From Balanoglossus misakiensis (taxonomy: Eukaryota; Animalia; Hemichordata): a stretch of DNA of 64,000 nt. The notes beneath the pieces were generated by a model. The model made no database searches. It worked only from the letters and a program-made list of their open reading frames with translations, and was not told the origin of the DNA. Shown here piece after piece: positions 1 to 12,600 of this stretch. Location of the stretch: NCBI GenBank assembly GCA_040954595.2, contig CM082582.2, positions 11,900,415-11,964,414 on the forward strand, given 5' to 3'. Position 1 is the stretch's first letter; every line of letters starts with the position of its first letter. The translations under genes and the position numbers were made by a program.

Positions 1-145
1 GTACTTTCAAACCTCTGGTAACATTTTGTCTTGTGATTTAGTATGGATTTTATCATAAGTTAGTTTTAACTGGAAAGACATTCTTTGTTGTAAAGAAAAT
101 AAGCTGAGAAGAATGTGCAAAACTTTCCTCTTTTCTCTCACAAAG

Positions 146-3100
146 GCTGAAGTTTTGGATCTTGATGTCATAGTTGGTAACCATGGCAATAATGCCGTCA
201 GGATAAATGAAATCACGGAAGGAGTGATCACAATAGATGGACATGAACAGGTAATCTCATTTTGTAAAATTTAAAGTCGTTTTATGATTTTGGGTTGCTC
301 GAAGCTCCATTAGCTTTTACTTTTTTGACCCTGTGTAAACACCTCTGGTTCGCAGACATACAAACATTCATGAATACTTAGACCTTTGTTACACCTGTAC
401 CCTACAGCCAATCAGCCAGGCTGCCCTGTCGCCAGATGGTGCAGTGTTGGCCACTGCGAGCTTAGATGGCACAGTCAAATTTTGGCAAGTGTACCTTGAG
501 AGCAGTGATCCACCCAGACGACTCCATCAGTGGACTCCCCACAACGGCCGACCGGTATCATGTCTACTTTTCTGTGACAACCACAAGTTCCAAGACCCCA
601 AGTAAGTAAATAATAAAAACAATCTCTGAATATAATCATTTCCTGTAAATAAGCCCTACATATCTGTATGTGTAAGCATGTATTACTTTGAATTGAATGT
701 TCTCGATAATTCTCTCTTGTCTACAGTTTACCATTTTGGAGATTTCTGTTGACTGGTGCTGATTTCAACAAAGAAATCAAGGTCTGGTGCACCGTGTCCT
801 GGACCTGTCTGCAAACGTTACAGTTTTTGAGTCCAAGTCATTTACTTCCCGATCCCTGTATGAAAGCTTCATTGGATCTGTCCGCTGGCTATCTTGTCAT
901 GTCAGATATCAAGAGAAAGGTAACATTACATTCTCATAGCAGAATTACGCTCATAGGTTTTAGCCAAAATAAACCTCAAGTCAAAACAAGTCATTATTTG
1001 CTACAAAGGTTGTGATGTAGACATTGGTTTGATTTCATGTCAGGTGCTGTATGTTCTAGAAGTTTTCCAAGACATCGAAAAGGGATACGCCCATGTATCT
1101 TCGATCTCAGAGTTTCTGCTGACTGTGCCTATGCTGAGTTTTGCAATCCTGGATGCAGCTAGGAAGAAATTCAAACACAGCATGGCAGACGATGTGGATG
1201 GAGACGTCGAACAGGAAGAGGAAGAAGCAGGTGAGAGATCATGGTGAATTCGGAAAAATTTGTCCAGTTGGGAGGGTGGACTGTGGACACAAATGAGATT
1301 GTATATTCTGTGATACTGTTAAACCTGATGAGTTGAATTTTATCTTGTATTTGCCTGCAGCTGATGTTGATAGGTCGGTAGAGAAAGATCAACTTGGAGA
1401 CAGTACCAGTGGAATTGATGTTGTCATCAAAATGTACTGTGTTCATACCAAGTAAGTCTTATCAGATTTTGTCTCTTGCTTTCTTTCTTGTAACTGTATT
1501 TCTTATCCATGTGTACATGTACATGTGCTAAACACATAGTGTGCTTTGACCCTGTAGGGCTCTGCAAGCACTGCAGATACGCTTCAAACCACAGTCTTCA
1601 GTCATGTCCCTCCAAGAGCAAGTGGCTGCATCTGTCAGCACCATGTCACAGGATGAGATTGGTGAGTTAAAGTGTTCACTTCCTTGAAAGTTTTTTCAGC
1701 AGTTGACATTTATGGAAGAGTATTTCAGAATTGCATCTTCATCCATCAGGTCTCCGAGATCAGCTATCAGATCTGGATCAGTCAACAGATGTTGAGGGAT
1801 CCCAGGTGGATCTACAAGCATCTGCAAACGAAGAGGAGGGAGAAGATGAAGAAGACCATGCTCCGACTCCAACCCCCGGGACGTCCATGACCAGCTCCTT
1901 CACGTCAGATACGGCGCGGTCGCCACACCACCAGCCATTGCTGCTTCCCCCTGGAGCGTTCACGAGCGTCACGCCGAAGCAGTCGCCACAGATGTTGCGA
2001 GAGAGCCAGTCGTCCACCAGCAGTTTTACAGCAGTGTCTGGCATCAACAGCTCGGTGGATGACATCCTGTCGACAGGCGACATCTCGGAAAGCACCATGA
2101 CGTTGACTCCCTCCACACATCGAACGCACGGACAGAGCGACTTCGCCACACCGAGTAGCCTGCCTCTACCACCTGTCACTCCAAGCGAAGCCAACTCCTC
2201 GCAATCACAGGAAATAGACATTGAGGTCCTCGAACAGTCGGCGTTAGAAGGGGAGGAGCACGAGGAACAACCAGGACCACCACGGCCAGAGACGATGCCA
2301 GAGTTCGACCAGGATCAGCCCACGTCGGAAAAGCGAGATTCCAGTTCGAGCATCGAGGTATTTGAGACCAGCACCCCGAGAGAGGACGTATCACCCGAGA
2401 TCGAAATCATGCCGGAGCCTGAAGAGGAAGGAGGTGCACAGAGACCGACAGATTTACGCCTGACAGTGGAAGAAAGTCAGAGTGAAGAGTCTGTTGTTGA
2501 AAAAGCTGTGAAGATCCCTGCCCAAGAGACAGATCCTTCAGTGGTCGATAATCTTGTCACTGTCAGTCAAGAGGAGACTCGTGTTGAACCTGCATATGAG
2601 GAGAACATCTCAGAAAGGTAACTCACTGATTTATTGTCTCATCTCCTTCTTTAATCTGTGATACAAACTATTCAGTGCAGTTATTTTAGCTTTATTGAAT
2701 GTCATAATACTCCTGTGTGTTTATCCACTACCGCAGCCCTGAGGCTAGAGGAACTCCAGTTCAGGTCGAAAGCCAAGACAGACACAGTGACATACACATC
2801 GAAGAACCAGAGAGCGAACCAAGTCAACCCGAGGGGGAAACTGCCCAATTGGTGATTGATACACAGAACCTCTTGCAAAGAGTTGTAGCTGAGCAAGAGC
2901 CAAAGGGTGATCCCAGGTGTGTTTTACAATCCCTGAATTCATCTTCATATGCTAGATATGTGTCACTTATTTTATCAGTCAATGGATCTGTATCCAATTG
3001 ACCACTTTCATGAACCCCACATATCAGGTCTGACTCTACTTCTATTTTCCGAATTCTCCGCAGTGATCAAGAGTCAGCAGAAATAGCATCACTTTCTTCA

Positions 3101-5690
3101 ACATCCAGTACTCTTGGTAAAGATAAAACAGGCAAGAAAGAACTCAAGAAAGAGAAGAAAGCCAGGTCCTCACCAAGACCAAAGAGGATTGTCGACGATG
3201 AAAAAGCTGCAGAGGTAAAAGCCAGAGCATTTGAGCCTTAATCAATTGAGCCATCTGTAAAAGCTGTGCAAAAGAGTATTTTAATGACAAATACATGCTG
3301 GTACAAGGTCAAAGGTCAGCTGCCATATTTTTGCACTGAACTGAACAAATATTGTGTCCACTCAGATCTCGTCCGGACTGAAACAACTGCTGTCCCTGAT
3401 ACAGTCCCAGCAACAGGAAATCAAACAGCTGCGACAAGACGTACAGAAACATCAACTCAACAATTCCCTGGTTCAGACCATGAAGAGTAAAATGGACAGT
3501 TTAGAGAGAAGACTTGGTAACAAGATAGATGCCACCATTTCCCAACAGTCTCAGGAGGAGAGTATCCTTTGTATTGTAACATGTGAACATATTTTCCTCA
3601 TAAATTGGGTGGGGGGATGGAGGGGGTATGATGCAGTGTTGCCTGAAAAGATTTGAAACACACACAGAAAGTATTTGCCTTTAACAAACATTTCCCAGGA
3701 CAGAGATTACACATGGCACTTGCAGAGAGACAGGCCATGGACAAGAGTAACCAAGACAGACTGCTAGAAACTGTGTCACAAACACTGAGTACAACCATCA
3801 CTCAGAAACTGGATAAGACTGTCAAAGCAGAGATGAAGAGTGCTGTGGTTCCTGGTAAGTTCGTGTTGCCATGGTGATAATAATAATTGAAAAATAAATA
3901 AATATGCTGGGATTGGGAGAAACCCAGAGGAATTAATGTGTATGGTCGTTGTCTCTGCCACTGCTGTTTGGAGGTCTGTTGATGACTGTTGGTGATTTTT
4001 TCATGCTTTCCTATTTCCCAGCTGTGAATAGGGTGATAGAACCACTGAAGGATCAACTGCATCAATCCGTGGCACAGAAACTGACAGCGACCGATGCACT
4101 GATGAAAGAAAACATTGGTAAATTGGTCAGAGCAAGGGTGAGTTTGTTGGATGTTAACTTCACGTACTGTTGGATGGCTTTTCAAGTCATTGGTGATCAG
4201 AGATTCTGTTGACCAAAGAAGATGTTGAATACAATGGACAAATCTTTTCCACTCAAGTCTTTACTATTTATTTTGTTTGGACAGTCGACTACAGACGCCA
4301 TAGGTCAGGCTGCAGCCAATACAGTGCAGAATGCGATGCAGTCAACATTCAAAGAAACTTTCCAGAGTACAGTGGTGCCGGCGTTCGACAAAACTTGCCA
4401 GTCCATGTTCCAGCAAATCAACGAGACGTTCCAAGCCGGCACACAAGAATGTAAGCACACAGATTTCTTTCGCAAATTTCACTTCCTGGTTTATGTTTTT
4501 GTCCAAGGTTCACATGCAGAAATGACAAAAAGTGAATCGTCATGATAACCCTTTATTTTCCATCTTCAGACATTCAGCAATTGGACGGCCATCTTGAAAG
4601 ACGAAGACAGCAGATCAAAGATGGCAGAGATCCAATTGTGGACAAACTGCAGAACATGGTCGACTCCTTCCAGGCCAGCTCAACACAGATTAGAAACAGT
4701 GTTATCAGCAGCATGCAAGCAGAGCTAGATACGCAGTTGCAGAAATCCATGGCAAGGTACGGTTTGTCTTAATGTCAGTCCAAGACTGTATACGAAAACA
4801 TGCTTCAGAATCCAGCACAGCAACTGTGCTGGATTCTGTCATCTCTGCAAGTGACATTACTTTGAATTACTCTTATTTGTTACAGTCTGCAAGGTGTGTT
4901 AGTCAGTAAAGTGAGGGACATTGTCAAAGACGAGGTCAATCACGCCATGAAAGATCACCAGGCAGCAGTAGAGACCAGTATTGTCACTGCAATCACGCGG
5001 TCCACGGCAGCCACTCCGGTTCCAACCCACATCGACACACAACAGTTACAGTTGCAGGTCGTTCAGCTCGTCCAACAGGGACAGTACAACGCTGCATTCC
5101 AAACAGTGAGTGATGATTTAGACTTCATCTCTTTCACCACCTTGGTTTGGTCCAAACCCAATGTTTTCTGTGGTAAATGTGGACTTCTAAAATGGGATAT
5201 TTGATATTAATTTGTGGGTCTCATTTTTTTCATCTTTTCAGGCACTGTCCGCGTCTGATCTGAACCTTGTGGTGTATCTGTGCCAGGCTGTGGAATCACA
5301 CCAAGTTTTCAACATTCAACCATGTCCCCTCAACCAGCCGGTCATCCTCTCACTCATACAGCAGCTGTCGGCCGAGTTGGAGAACGACACCCAGCTGAAA
5401 CAAAAGTGAGTCTGGAAGCAACATTGATAACCGTCATAACCCTTGATGTGCATGTGATCATTGAATCAACCTTTGGTAAACACCGTCTCTCGTGTATTTT
5501 CTCGTGCAGGTACTTGGAAGAAGCGGTGATGACCCTTGATAGTACGGACCCCATAGCAAGAGAACACATGCCGGCCGTGGTGATGGGTCTGCAGCAGAAG
5601 ATACAAGTATTCATACAGAACTACCCCCAGAATGAAATGGCACGACCCTTGCGAAGGCTGGTCATGCTGTCTCAGTCCCTGTTGAAGTAG
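146..5690 (+). CDS. EDC4: Enhancer of mRNA-decapping protein 4 (Ge-1), 5'-partial, 17 exons visible
   Basis: Exons 146-250, 408-601, 727-919, 1044-1230, 1361-1451, 1558-1661, 1750-2617, 2737-2916, 3064-3214, 3366-3561, 3699-3854, 4022-4137, 4285-4450, 4570-4756, 4886-5105, 5242-5405, 5510-5690 join in frame. WD40 region (ALSPDGAVLATASLDGTVKFWQ, LLFCDNHK, PFWRFLLTGAD, WCTVSWTCLQT), Ser-rich linker, and C-terminal helical domain (PLNQPVILSLIQQLS, YLEEAVMTLD) match recalled EDC4. Confidence 0.95.
3562..3698 (+). other. U12-type GT-AG intron in EDC4
   Basis: 5' splice site GTATCCTTT at 3562. Branch-like CCTTTAAC at 3678-3685, 13 nt before the end of the AG. Splicing restores EE-R-QRLHMAL. Confidence 0.85.
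4806..4838. repeat. Perfect 15-bp inverted repeat in an EDC4 intron
   Basis: CAGAATCCAGCACAG-CAA-CTGTGCTGGATTCTG. Confidence 0.9.
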
Positions 5691-6794
5691 ATGGGTTTCA
5701 CCATTGCTGCTGTATCGAGGGGTTCAAAGTCTGATTTACGTAAGGCCCAATCGAAGTCTGTATGGGCAATTCCCAGGTGTTCTCTGGTTAAACCGTGACA
5801 AACAAATTTGCATGATGACAAACTAACTACTTGTAGAATCAGCCAATTAAGTCCAGTCCTTCGAAATTAGAAGAAAGAAAAAGTGTTAACGTTTAAAGGA
5901 TGCTTGGAGGGTTACTTTTAGAGGAGTTTTTTCACAAATGATTGGAAATCTTTTACTTAAAAAAACTTGGGTTTTTAGCAGTTCAAATGCCAGGATGTGT
6001 AACCCTTGACCTGTGGCACGACCTGCTAGTACTGCAAGTTATTACAAGCATATGTGATAACTCAACATGTTCTATTTGAATAGTTTTGTTTAGTGCCTTT
6101 TATTATCATTGCTACTATATTCCATCAGTTTCAGTTTCCATGACAACCCCACTATGTAAATTTTAAGCATGAGTGAATCAAGCCGTCTGTTCTATGCTTG
6201 CCAAAAAAGACAAGCAGATGCATTGTTTAACATGATAAGTATTATATTTTTCTGAACGTTTAGCCTAAAATATTTTATAGATAAGGATAAAAAGGCCAAA
6301 AAATAGTTTTGTACATTGATTTAAAGTATTCATGTTCTTTTTAGTTTATATTACGTTCTCATTGTCAGAAAAAAATGACATTTTCACGTTAAAGAAAATT
6401 ATTTGTTGTACAGTATTCTGTTATCAAGTTTATGTTACATTTGTGTTAATTAAGGTATTATCGTTATGCAGTGAACATGCACATTTTGTTTTTTGTTGAT
6501 GTCATATTGAGTTACAAGTTAAACAGGCGTTACAAACAGACGAGGTCCATATATGCAACGTTTCACAGATCATTTTGTCAATTAGTCAACTGCATCTTGC
6601 TCTCAAGTTTTGTTATATAAAACAACTAACAGACGAAAATGGTTCACTCAAAGTGCACAAAACAAGCATGAACTAACAAAATTTCTATTAATCATGATTT
6701 CAGTTTCACTTCATTTTTCTACAAACTCGACTCTCAACATGTTCAACAAAAGTTGCATCATCTGTTAATTCACTGCCATTGTCCATACTTTATG

Positions 6795-6800
6795 AATAAA
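6795..6800 (+). terminator. Probable EDC4 polyadenylation signal
   Basis: AATAAA about 1.1 kb after the stop, followed by GT-rich sequence. Confidence 0.5.
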
Positions 6801-7867
6801 AAATGTTTAAAGTAATATCACATGTGGTTGAATTCGTGATCTGCCCTGTAGTTAGTTGTCATTAGTCGAAAAAAGCCAAGTATTTCCTTCTAACTCCTTG
6901 CCACTTTGTTGATAACAAAGTATCCTTCAAAAATGCCACACCCACAAAACTATGCCCACAGAACATTACTTCCCTTTAGACAAAGAGAAGGTATGAATGC
7001 CAGCAACACGTGCCTCTCTCCCTTTCAGAGATTTACACAGCCAACAAATCGTGGATAGAGTCTAACACCAAAATAGCTATTTCATTAAATTACAATGTAT
7101 TCAGTCCCTCGCCTCATTATTTTGCAACCACTCTGCTATTTTCGTAGTTTCATGATTTTTCCCTTACATGTCCTTTCCACTTACATGCGCAGAGATGTCA
7201 ATGTTTGTTCTTTTCTTCACGAGTTGGCAATTATTGTCCACTTATAATTGCAATTACCTTTATCACAAATTCAATTATTATGATCTATCAAGATTTTGCG
7301 ACAATTTTTGTGGTGATTATGCTAATGTTGGCTTATTTTTCTTTTTTTGCAAATATTTGGCAAGTATTTACCCATTTCATTTTTTCCAATCATTTCGTGA
7401 TCACTTTGTTAATATCACGATTCCATCCATAACAATCAGAATTCAGTTATCCAGGTTGCACGTACACCTCCATAAATGCGAGGCCCAAACAAATTATGGA
7501 AAGCTTGAAAAGTCGCTGAAAAATTTCAACATAGTAATCAATCCGATCGGTATTATTATTTTTCCTGAAAGGGTTGTCGAAATGCCCACCCTTTATAACT
7601 GTTGCCCGAACTCTTCGGAACACAACAAAATCGAAACCCCTTCTGAAGCGCAGTTCACGACTCTCTCTTGCAATTTCACCGTAAAAGTAGGTAAGTTTAC
7701 ATTCCTTCTCCGTGCACCTTGCAGTTTCATGATAATTTATCAGTAAAGTCGATTTTTTTTCCTGTTGCGTGAACATTATTTGCTTATTTTAAAATGTACA
7801 TCACACTTCCAAAGTACATGACACTTCCCCAATCTCCCTCTTTTCTCTACCCAGACTTTTTCACAAG

Positions 7868-7870
<3 letters not shown>

Positions 7871-7922
<52 letters not shown>
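7871..7922 (+). repeat. (CT)n microsatellite, probably the polypyrimidine tract of a 5'UTR intron (7691-7924)
   Basis: About 26 TC units ending in TCAG at 7924. Upstream donor AG|GTAAGT at 7691. Confidence 0.8.
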
Positions 7923-7927
<5 letters not shown>

Positions 7928-7950
7928 ATTTTCATATCTCAACGAAGAAG

Positions 7951-8707
7951 ATGAAAGTCTATCTGCTCATCGCCATGGTTGTTTTGGCCTCGTTTGCTTC
8001 TGGAAAATCACTGAGTGAGCATAAAGTAATAGAGTTTGCGGTAAAAAGCGCGGAGTACGAAGATCTTCTTGCGAGGACACTGGCAGTTTTGCCAACCGTT
8101 CCTCTTGCAAGATGATACGGGGATATAGGGATGATTTCGTGTGTGTGTGTGCGTGTGTTTTCTCTAGGAGCATTTCAAGACATCCGATGCAAATAGCTTT
8201 TGTTTTACATGGAATCTAAACCATCATTCGCCTTGTTTTCTAGAACGTGGTACGTGTAGAATAGATTTCAAGTTTGAAGATGGCGTGACAGCCAATGTGC
8301 CGTACAATCCTTGCGGAACAAACGAGTATTGTTATTCTCGCGACGACGACGAAACGCAGTATGCATGCACCCCTGGAAAAAATGGTAAAACCATAATATT
8401 GTATTTGATGTCATTTTTTCTTTCTTGCTTGTAAAAAATTCATGCATCATCACCATGATCATCGTCATCATGATCATAATTTTCTAAGTAATATAATAAC
8501 ATAAAATGCATGTCACGTGATCATTTTATAAATATATTTAATAAGTTATACGTGAAAACTTGGTCCTGGTCTCATACGGATTTTTTTTTAATTTTTTGGC
8601 CAGATCCCTGCAGTGACTCTGACGCGTGCGCAGAAGGCGAAACATGTGAAGCAACTGAAGGCCCTGATGGTGTTGCTGGTTATACCTGTACTGCAGTAAA
8701 GAATTGA
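7951..8707 (+). CDS. Small secreted cysteine-rich peptide A (55 aa): signal peptide plus one 4-Cys module
   Basis: Exons 7951-8014 and 8604-8707 (phase 1): MKVYLLIAMVVLASFASG-KSLNPCSDSDACAEGETCEATEGPDGVAGYTCTAVKN*. AATAAA at 8789. Confidence 0.8.
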
Positions 8708-10198
8708 AATCCCCGGCAAAGTATTTCGGTTTCATTTTAAGAAAAATCAATGTGTTATAGAAATGATGTTCGAGCATTCCAAAATTGAAATAAAATTGCC
8801 ATTATCAAACGTTTAAAGCAATTTCACAGGAATTACACAACCATAAGCACATAGGGTATTATTCTTCTCATGACTTTACTCGGGTAATTTCTCTCTCGTC
8901 TGGCAGGATTTAGTTCTCAAAGTTGTTGCGTCATTATACCCCCCCCCCCCCCCACTATTTGTCATACTCGGCGCCTGGTGGCGACATTTACAAATCCTGA
9001 ACAGAGATTACTGTCCGCAGAAATGCCAGTCTCAATCTTTTTTGTTCCAAAGGCACGTTTTTCTAACAGGTGTGAATCGTCTGGCGGATCTGTCTGGCTT
9101 ATATTTAAATTTGGCTAATTTTGACCCCGATAATTCTAATTGGTCAATTACTTTCCGCAAACCTGAAGCAGGTAGACCACAGCACTTGTGATTGGCCAAT
9201 TATGTTCTGTACTTCTGGAGCAGGTGTACAACGTAGAGGTGTCAGACAATGTACGTTGACCGGGAGTTAACCTGACCTATTTTGCCCGCATCTCTGACCT
9301 CAGCACGGATTGGTCAATTACGTTCTGCACTCTTCGAAACGGTGTGCAACTTTGCACCTATCCGAACTGTTCTTTTTATTTCACAACTCACATGAGCGCC
9401 CTTTTCGCACATATCAAACGTGTTTCTTCACGACTTCGAAGCAAAAGGCGCATTCCTCTAACAATGGTGACCAGTTAAGAGGTTGGGTGGGACCATCTTT
9501 TCACCCTATGAAGGGCGCAGCCGCTTTTCATACACATATATTACTCAGCGGGTACAGGCCAGTTTGTCTGTTGATAACTGAAGACTTTCCAGTCAACGCC
9601 TTGGCAGTCGAGAGGTTCCAGGACATTCCATCAAAGGTAAACCATCTCAGAATTTTCGTGCGAAACATTTATCGGCTTATTTTCTGTCGTGTATCTTTCT
9701 GTTCAAATTGTTAGTTTTGAAACAAAATACCACGTGTGACCGATGGAATTTTTATGGTTTAGGCCTGTCTGATGTATGAATGAAAGTGCTTCTATTCACG
9801 GAATGTGCGAAGTTACTGTGGACACGAACCTTTGCTAGAAGAAAACTCTGAAAACGGCTGGGATTTTTTTCTTTAATATCATAGATTTGCAGAAAGGTAA
9901 TTTCATGTCGGTATCAACGGAAAATTGGTATTTTAGCGACAATTATCAATATTAGTTGTCAAAAATATTTTAGTCTAACAAAAGGTCTGGACGACAACAT
10001 CTTCATCCTTGACGCCTGGCCTTGACGATTACTTTAAGCATTCTCTAAGCTTTAAGTTTCTTATGCATTTTTACAATAACCCACTTTTCTCATACAGAGC
10101 TAACGTTATACCCCGCCTTAAATAACACCTATGTTCGAACACGTACATAACTGACTTGTAAATGTCAGAAAACTTCAGTTTGGTCTTTTCTTTTGAAG

Positions 10199-10240
10199 TA
10201 TAAATAGTACACCATTTAAAAAGACATGTTGAGGTCAGTG
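10199..10240 (+). promoter_or_regulatory. TATA box and initiator-like element of peptide gene B
   Basis: TATAAATA at 10199-10206; TCAGT at about 10235; splice acceptor CAG at 10453 just before the ATG at 10464. Confidence 0.55.
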
Positions 10241-10463
10241 CATTCTTGTCCTGTCTCTTCACCAGCTATTGTTTACATATGTATTATACCCAGCGCGACC
10301 ATTGTATTAGCCAGCTCAACGATTCAGTATTCTGCAACTCACTTTCTGCTATTCACACTGCACACCTTTTCAGAGTAGTGAAAGAAGTGCATATTTTATT
10401 CTCTGTCGCGCTTGCTCCTTTACGATTGTACACCGTTTATTTCTGTCGCCCAGTTTCACGACA

Positions 10464-11400
10464 ATGTTGCGGACGTACTTATTGTGCCTGGTCATCGGGA
10501 TTGTCTCGGCATCACCAGCCTTCGAGCGCAACAAGTTGGAGAGTTTAAAGGAGTTGTTGAAAAAGACGCGAGATCGGCTAGTCGAAGAGAAAGACATACA
10601 GAGTAAGTGATTTGTTTCTGATTTCATTGTTGATTTTCTCCAGATTGGTATTTTGAATAGTCGAGTTCAATCGCCTTCGTTTGGTAAAGGATTTAACATT
10701 TTATCGGTTGATTTTCAGAGAGAGGATGGTGTTCATATGAACTCGGATATGAAAATAGATGTTCCAGCGCCGCCCCCTGGTGTTATACCGGTCTAGACTC
10801 TAATGGCATTACCGTCACTACCTGTTCACCTACGGCAGGTAAGGTACAATTACATTATGAGATTGTCTTCCCATATAAGCTGCTTAACCTAGCCACGCGA
10901 GATCTCACAGGTTCTCGTTGAGTTCGGAAAACTATCTATTAATCTCGAGCATTTTCATCACACGTGCTTCCTTTATTTTCACCCGAAGATCCATGCGGTG
11001 GTGACGCTTGCCAATCTGACGAAACGTGCATAAAAACTGGCGAGGATGGCTACGACTACAACTTAGGATTTCAGTGCATGAAAGCCCAAGAAGGTAAATT
11101 CGACATATGTCATGCTTTTTCGACCCCTTGTCTTAAAAATCCTTGACAACATCGTCTAATGTTTAAATCGAGCCTGACGAAACAAATAAAATGCCTCCAT
11201 TTCTAATGATTTGGGGTAGCATTTCTCCCGTATACATTTTTTTGTATTTTACTTCCTGACCCTTTCTTATTCTCACTATTTTCCATTTTTCAGTCATAGG
11301 CGCACCGCAACCGGATGACGTATTATGTGAACTGTGTATGTTGTCTGGACGGACATGTGTCAGATTACCCGGTAACGATATTGGATGTTTCAACGAATAG
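10464..11400 (+). CDS. Secreted cysteine-rich prepropeptide B (156 aa): signal, pro region, KR site, three 4-Cys modules
   Basis: Exons 10464-10602, 10719-10838, 10989-11093, 11294-11400, all phase 1, 471 nt in total: MLRTYLLCLVIGIVSA-SPAFERNKLESLKELLKKTRDRLVEEKDIQKR-GWCSYELGYENRCSSAAPWCYTGLDSNGITVTTCSPTA-DPCGGDACQSDETCIKTGEDGYDYNLGFQCMKAQE-VIGAPQPDDVLCELCMLSGRTCVRLPGNDIGCFNE*. Probable 3'UTR intron 11413-11508; AATAAA at 11870. Confidence 0.85.
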
Positions 11401-12275
11401 GATGTTCTAGAGGTGAGAATTGGCTAGCGAATGAATGAATGAAATACAATGGATACAGATTTTTTTGCGTACAAAGTTCTTATAGATTTACATCTTTATT
11501 CGTTTCAGATTCTTTCGAAATGCGTCACGCCTACACGGCAGTATGCCAGAGTCACGTTTGCAGCAGACAATGCCGCAGTGTTATGAGGTTGAATTACCCA
11601 CAATTTAATTTTTTGTAGTGTTTTTAATCGTCACTGTCATATTTTGTTATAAAAATTCATTTGCTTCCCGGCTTCCGAGTGACGTCGTCAGACTGCTACA
11701 GCGCCACCAGTGGTGGAAACTTGCATTTACATCGGTGGAGGTTTTTTATTATAATGTGACTTCTGTAGTTCATGAATGTTTGAACATAACCATAATCTTT
11801 CCAAAGCTGAATCATAATGTCTATTTTTTTATTTCTTCCGCTTGACACAATTAAGCGTCTGTCAAGTACAATAAATTAAACACGCAAAAGTCTATCCCTT
11901 CCAAACTCTATTTGTTTGGTACAGCTGGTGTTTTGCAAACTTCTTACATGACCTTCCCAAACACATTTGTGTAATACACGACCCTGATTCCCCTCGCCGA
12001 CCTCTATCATAATTACTGAAATTGTGTGCTCTTAGGACGTTCAGAGGCATGTATAATGAACTAGTCACACGCGCCATACAATACAGTTTAACCAAAGACA
12101 GTATAGTACAGTCTTTGGTTAATCATACACATCCCTTACCAATGAACCACACATATTTTATGACAACGATCATAAAGTTTTATTCAAAAGAATATTGTGC
12201 TATTATTATTTGGAGAAGTGAATTCTATTCCTGACTTGAATTCAATTTTCCGCATCACAATTCTTCGCTATCAAA

Positions 12276-12283
12276 TGACGTCA
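12276..12283. promoter_or_regulatory. CRE palindrome upstream of the KCC gene
   Basis: TGACGTCA about 320 bp upstream of the ATG at 12601, next to a CpG-rich first exon. Confidence 0.4.
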
Positions 12284-12600
12284 GACGCGCTCAGGCTTGA
12301 ATGTACACATTTTGGCTTTGTTGATACCGGGCACTTCAACATGCTTCAGGCATGTGAATAGTAGATCCACACCCAGCAAAAGTATTGAAATATAGCCAGA
12401 AGTTACAGCAATAATTCTTCTTGAAAGAGAAAGTTAAGAAAGTTTGTTTCTCGTGGAGGATTGTGGGCCGGAGAGTGAAACCGAGGCTGTGGCAGACGCC
12501 ATATTTCAGTGATTCATTCCTTTGAAGTGGAATTTGCAGAACGTGAAAGGTGTCCGGGAGTCCCGATCGCCACTGATTCGATCGAGTAATTGCAGCAATC

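Noticed and set aside
1778-2394. Antisense ORFs over the large EDC4 exon (similar cases over KCC, RGSL1-like and CUB exons)
   Set aside because: Shadow ORFs of GC-rich coding exons.
6920-6927. GTATCCTT motif
   Set aside because: Intergenic with no adjacent exon; shows that the 8-mer also occurs by chance.
7168-7746. 192-aa ORF upstream of peptide gene A
   Set aside because: AT-rich, no recognisable domain, and overlaps the probable promoter and 5'UTR of gene A.
9130-9335. Three degenerate ATTGG[TC]CAATTA-containing repeats
   Set aside because: Too degenerate to classify; probably an old repeat. Not a CRISPR array, since the context is eukaryotic and spacing is irregular.
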